A DNA stretch of 64,000 bases, from positions 384,001 through 448,000 of the forward strand of contig CALSNU010000003.1 of assembly GCA_943787795.1 (NCBI GenBank), given 5' to 3'. Within the stretch, counting starts at the first letter, position 1, and the number at the start of each line of letters is the position of its first letter. Under the pieces are notes generated by a model. It ran no database searches. It worked only from the letters and a program-made list of their open reading frames with translations, and had not been told where the DNA came from. This document shows positions 61,065 to 64,000 of this stretch, one piece after another. Origin of the DNA: an uncultured bacterium (GTDB lineage Bacteria; Planctomycetota; UBA1135; GCA-002686595). A program made the position numbers and the translations under genes.

Positions 61065-62529
61065 TCTGCTGGCGTTCTTACCCCGATGGCCCCCGGGGGC
61101 TGCGCTCATCGGGCTCGGCATCGTGTGCGCCGTGGCGCGCGGACGATGGGTCGGCGTGCTGGGTCTGGCCGGTGTCGCGCTCGAGTTTGCGAGGCTCGAG
61201 GTGGAGGGTCTCGCCCTAACAGGCGCCATCTCCGTCCTCGTGGTCGTTGGCCTCGCCGCCCTCGCCTCCTCCCGTGACTACGCGGAGTCAGAGAGCGCCT
61301 TGAGCCCGGGCCTCTCGCTTGTCCTCGCCGGTCTGCTCCTGATGGTCGTTCAGGTGGAGCACCTCGGCTGGGTGGCGGTGCTGCTCTTCATGGCCGGGCT
61401 CGTGGAGCGCGCGCTGGTTCCAGGGGGCGACGCGGCCGGCCGGGACCCTGCGACGGGCGAGCCCACAGCACGGGTGCACGCCTGGCGAGGCGCGGTGCTG
61501 ATTTCTCTTGCCAGCGCGAGCTTGATCGGCCTCGGCGCGCAGGGGCGGATGCAGCAGGGGGGCGACATGCTGGTCGAGTGGATCGGGACGCCCTTCTCAG
61601 GCGACGCTCCGAGCACCCTCATTTTCCTGGGGCTCGTGACGCCGTTGGCGCTACCGCCCAACTGGGGCGGGGCGGGCCAGGCGATCGCCGCCGGACCCGC
61701 GCGCCGCGACGCAGGGAGCTTCGTGAACGCGGGCTTGCTGCGCGGCCTCGTCCTCCTCGTCCTCCTGGGCCGGACCTTCTCGGGATCCGACGCCTTGCTC
61801 GACGTGGGGCTCGTGGTGGTCCTCCTCGCGCCGGTCCTCGCGCTGACCGGCAGGCGGCTCACCGCGCGCTACCTGGCGCTGTCGATCTACGGGGTCCTGG
61901 GCCTCCTCATCGGGGTCGCGTCGATCGCGTCGAGCTCCGCCCAGGGGGCCCTATCCCTGTCGGTCTTCGGCCTGGCCCTCGCAGGGGCCGGTGCATGCCT
62001 CGCGCTGGTGCTGACCACCCATGCCAGGGGTCGTGAGCCAGGGCTCGGCGAGCGAGGCCTCGGGCACGTCTTCCCGAGTGCGTTCGGGTTCGCGCTGCTC
62101 TGCATGCTCGCGCTCATGGCCCTGCCGGGGACGCTGCTCTTCGAGGGGCGCTCCAGCGGCCTTGAGGCCATGTCCGCGGATGGTGCCGCGGTGGAGGCGC
62201 TGGTGTTCGCGCTGATGGCGGGGCCACTCGCCGTCTTCGTGGCGCTGCCGTTCCTGCGTCAGGCGTTCTTCAGCCCTGGTGTGGATGGGGGGCACATCGA
62301 GGGGCGCCGCGCCACGGCGCCGCTCGCCATGACCGTCGCGCTCGCGATCGCCGCGGGAGCGCTGATCGGCCTGGGTCTGGTCCCCTCCGCGCTCTCGCCG
62401 CTCCTGTCCACAGGGAGCGCCGAGCTGTCGGGCCGGCTGCTGACCGGGCCCCAGCAGCTCCAGATCCTGTTGGGTGCAGCCTTGCTGGCCCGGATCGTGA
62501 GGCGCGAAAGGTCCACCAGTCCGGCGTAG
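61057..62529 (+). CDS. Highly divergent MrpD/NuoN-like polytopic membrane protein
   Basis: About 13-14 hydrophobic segments; remnants of family motifs (LALT.RR...YLALSI, RGLGHVFP, ALMALPGT..F.GR); GTG start after GGGAGG. Confidence 0.65.
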   Translation: MVDLLAFLPRWPPGAALIGLGIVCAVARGRWVGVLGLAGVALEFARLEVEGLALTGAISVLVVVGLAALASSRDYAESESALSPGLSLVLAGLLLMVVQVEHLGWVAVLLFMAGLVERALVPGGDAAGRDPATGEPTARVHAWRGAVLISLASASLIGLGAQGRMQQGGDMLVEWIGTPFSGDAPSTLIFLGLVTPLALPPNWGGAGQAIAAGPARRDAGSFVNAGLLRGLVLLVLLGRTFSGSDALLDVGLVVVLLAPVLALTGRRLTARYLALSIYGVLGLLIGVASIASSSAQGALSLSVFGLALAGAGACLALVLTTHARGREPGLGERGLGHVFPSAFGFALLCMLALMALPGTLLFEGRSSGLEAMSADGAAVEALVFALMAGPLAVFVALPFLRQAFFSPGVDGGHIEGRRATAPLAMTVALAIAAGALIGLGLVPSALSPLLSTGSAELSGRLLTGPQQLQILLGAALLARIVRRERSTSPA

Positions 62530-62548
62530 GGCCGTTATCCTCCGGCGC

Positions 62549-63016
62549 ATGGGACCGAGCGAACTCTTCAACGCCGACGATCTCGTCCTGGGTTTCGACC
62601 CGGCCGACAAGTGGGAGGCGATTCACTCGCTCGTGGATCACCTCGTCGGGCGGGGGCGGCTGGCTCCCGATGCGGCGGAGCCCGTGCGTGAGGCGGTGCT
62701 CGCGCGGGAGCGCTCGATGTCCACGGGGATGGAGCTCGGCGTCGCGATCCCGCACGCGGCGGTGGACGACCTGCCTGAGATCGTCGGAGCCATGGGCGTC
62801 GTGCAGCGTGAGGGGGGCCTGGACTTCGAGTCCATCGACGGCCAGCCCACGAGGGTCGTGGTGCTGCTTGTGATCCCCAAGGCTCAAAAGCTCCTCCACA
62901 TTCGAACCCTCGCCGATATCGCCAGGGTGCTGGCCAAGGAGTCCGTGCGCGAGCGCCTCCTCGGCACGGCTGATGTTGAGGAAGCGCGGGCCGCGCTCAT
63001 CGCGGGCACCACCTGA
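62549..63016 (+). CDS. PTS IIA component (Ntr/fructose type)
   Basis: VLARE..MSTG...GVAIPHA (phospho-His), DF.SIDG.P, HIRTLA.IAR. Confidence 0.92.
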   Translation: MGPSELFNADDLVLGFDPADKWEAIHSLVDHLVGRGRLAPDAAEPVREAVLARERSMSTGMELGVAIPHAAVDDLPEIVGAMGVVQREGGLDFESIDGQPTRVVVLLVIPKAQKLLHIRTLADIARVLAKESVRERLLGTADVEEARAALIAGTT

Positions 63017-63236
63017 GCGTGGGGCGCCCGGCCGCCGTGGCCGGGCATCGAGCAGGTGCTGCCTGGCTTCAGGCGCGTCGCGCCTGGTACCTGGCACGCA
63101 GCACCGGGCACCTGGTACGCGGCACCGGGCCGCTGGCCCTCGGCCGGCCGTTCGAGCCTGCGCGGGTCGAGGGCCGGCAGGGTCCCGTTCAGCCAGGCCC
63201 TCGGATCCTCGCTGGCGAGACTCGGTGCAGGAGTCT

Positions 63237-63305
63237 GGCGAATCCAACCCCAGGCGAATCCAACCCCAGGCGAATCCAACCCCAGGCGAACCCAAGCCCA
63301 GGCGA
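63237..63305. repeat. Intergenic tandem repeat, 16-bp unit GGCGAATCCAACCCCA x3 exact plus one degenerate
   Basis: Units at 63237, 63253, 63269, 63285. Confidence 0.93.
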
Positions 63306-63365
63306 GCGTCGAACCCCGGTGGGCGTCATGCCCGTTCGGCACAGCTCAACCGTTCAGCCGTCGCT

Positions 63366-63403
63366 CAACAGTTCCGCCGTCGTCCAACAGTTCCGCCGTC
63401 GTC
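63366..63403. repeat. Exact 19-bp tandem duplication CAACAGTTCCGCCGTCGTC
   Basis: Read directly from sequence. Confidence 0.92.
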
Positions 63404-63477
63404 TATCGGGTCGTCCGTCGACCCTTCGGTCGGCCGTCGCCCCTCCGTTCGGCAGTCGCCGCTTCGGTCGCGCGCCG

Positions 63478-64000
63478 TCAGTCGGACGTGGGACCGACCC
63501 AGTCACCGAGGCGCGCATTCACCATGGCCGAGATGGCATCCGCGGTCTGGCGATAGGTCTCCAGGGGGCCGCCGTAGGGGTCCGGCACGTCTCCGCCCTC
63601 CGGATCCAGGAGCTCAACGTTCGCGGCCGCGTTCCCTGGCAGCATCGAGAGCAGCGCGTCGCGGTGCGAGGCGGTCATGCAGTACACGCGGTCCTGATCC
63701 GCCACGAGTTCCGCCAGGGCCGGGGCCGAGCGGTGGTCTCCGAGGGCAATGCCGCGCTCGGCAAGGGTCGCGATGGCGTGGGGCGACGCGGGTGCGCCCG
63801 GGCCGGCATAGACCCCCGCGGAGCTGATACGGAAGCCGGACTCAGCCTCGTCGCCAGCTTGGAGTGCCTTCCGCAGGGCGGCGCGCGCCAGGGCCTCGGC
63901 CATGGGGCTGCGGCAGGTGTTGCCCGTGCAGACGAAAAGCAGCCTCTGGCCAGCTGTGCGCTTGATCTCTTCCATGGTGACGATGCCCTCTCTGAGCAGT
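63478..64000 (-). CDS. Low-molecular-weight protein Tyr/Arg phosphatase domain, probably the C-terminus of a longer fusion protein
   Basis: P-loop FVCTGNTCRSPMAE, SAG, CMT..H, DVPDPYGG; frame stays open to the window edge (LLREGIVT precedes MEEIK). Confidence 0.9.
   Translation of the reverse strand, partial: LLREGIVTMEEIKRTAGQRLLFVCTGNTCRSPMAEALARAALRKALQAGDEAESGFRISSAGVYAGPGAPASPHAIATLAERGIALGDHRSAPALAELVADQDRVYCMTASHRDALLSMLPGNAAANVELLDPEGGDVPDPYGGPLETYRQTADAISAMVNARLGDWVGPTSD

Overview
High-GC (about 70% by eye) bacterial chromosomal segment with about 55 genes, mostly housekeeping. The gene content (system II CcsB/CcsA, SMUG1-type UDG, probable TsaC-LMW phosphatase fusion, many lineage-specific secreted proteins) suggests a Planctomycetota genome; this is inference, not checked. 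Recognisable genes are uvrB (partial), uvrC, xerD, lspA, secA, waaA, metK, an Fe(III)-type ABC transporter, mdh, fumC, rpmH, dcd, sucCD, tatA, mobA, a polyprenyl synthase, ccsB/ccsA, folD, serS and a type II secretion operon gspDEFGHIJ. I saw no rRNA, tRNA, CRISPR array, transposase or prophage. The most interesting observations are: (1) a secreted 538-aa protein (27078-28694) whose N-terminal domain follows the motif order of lysyl oxidases, with candidate LTQ Lys and Tyr but no canonical His triad; (2) a separate C-terminal module in that protein that may be a lineage-specific export or sorting tag, with a T2SS in the same window; (3) a pentaheme cytochrome c and HEAT-repeat lipoprotein pair next to an iron ABC importer and a porin; (4) a tatA-mobA-prenyl synthase-ccsBA cluster containing an uncharacterised tandem-domain lipoprotein; (5) an orphan, degenerate MrpD/NuoN-like membrane protein beside a PTS IIA; (6) unrelated 10-21 bp tandem micro-arrays in most long intergenic spacers. 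Start codons were refined by eye and are approximate.
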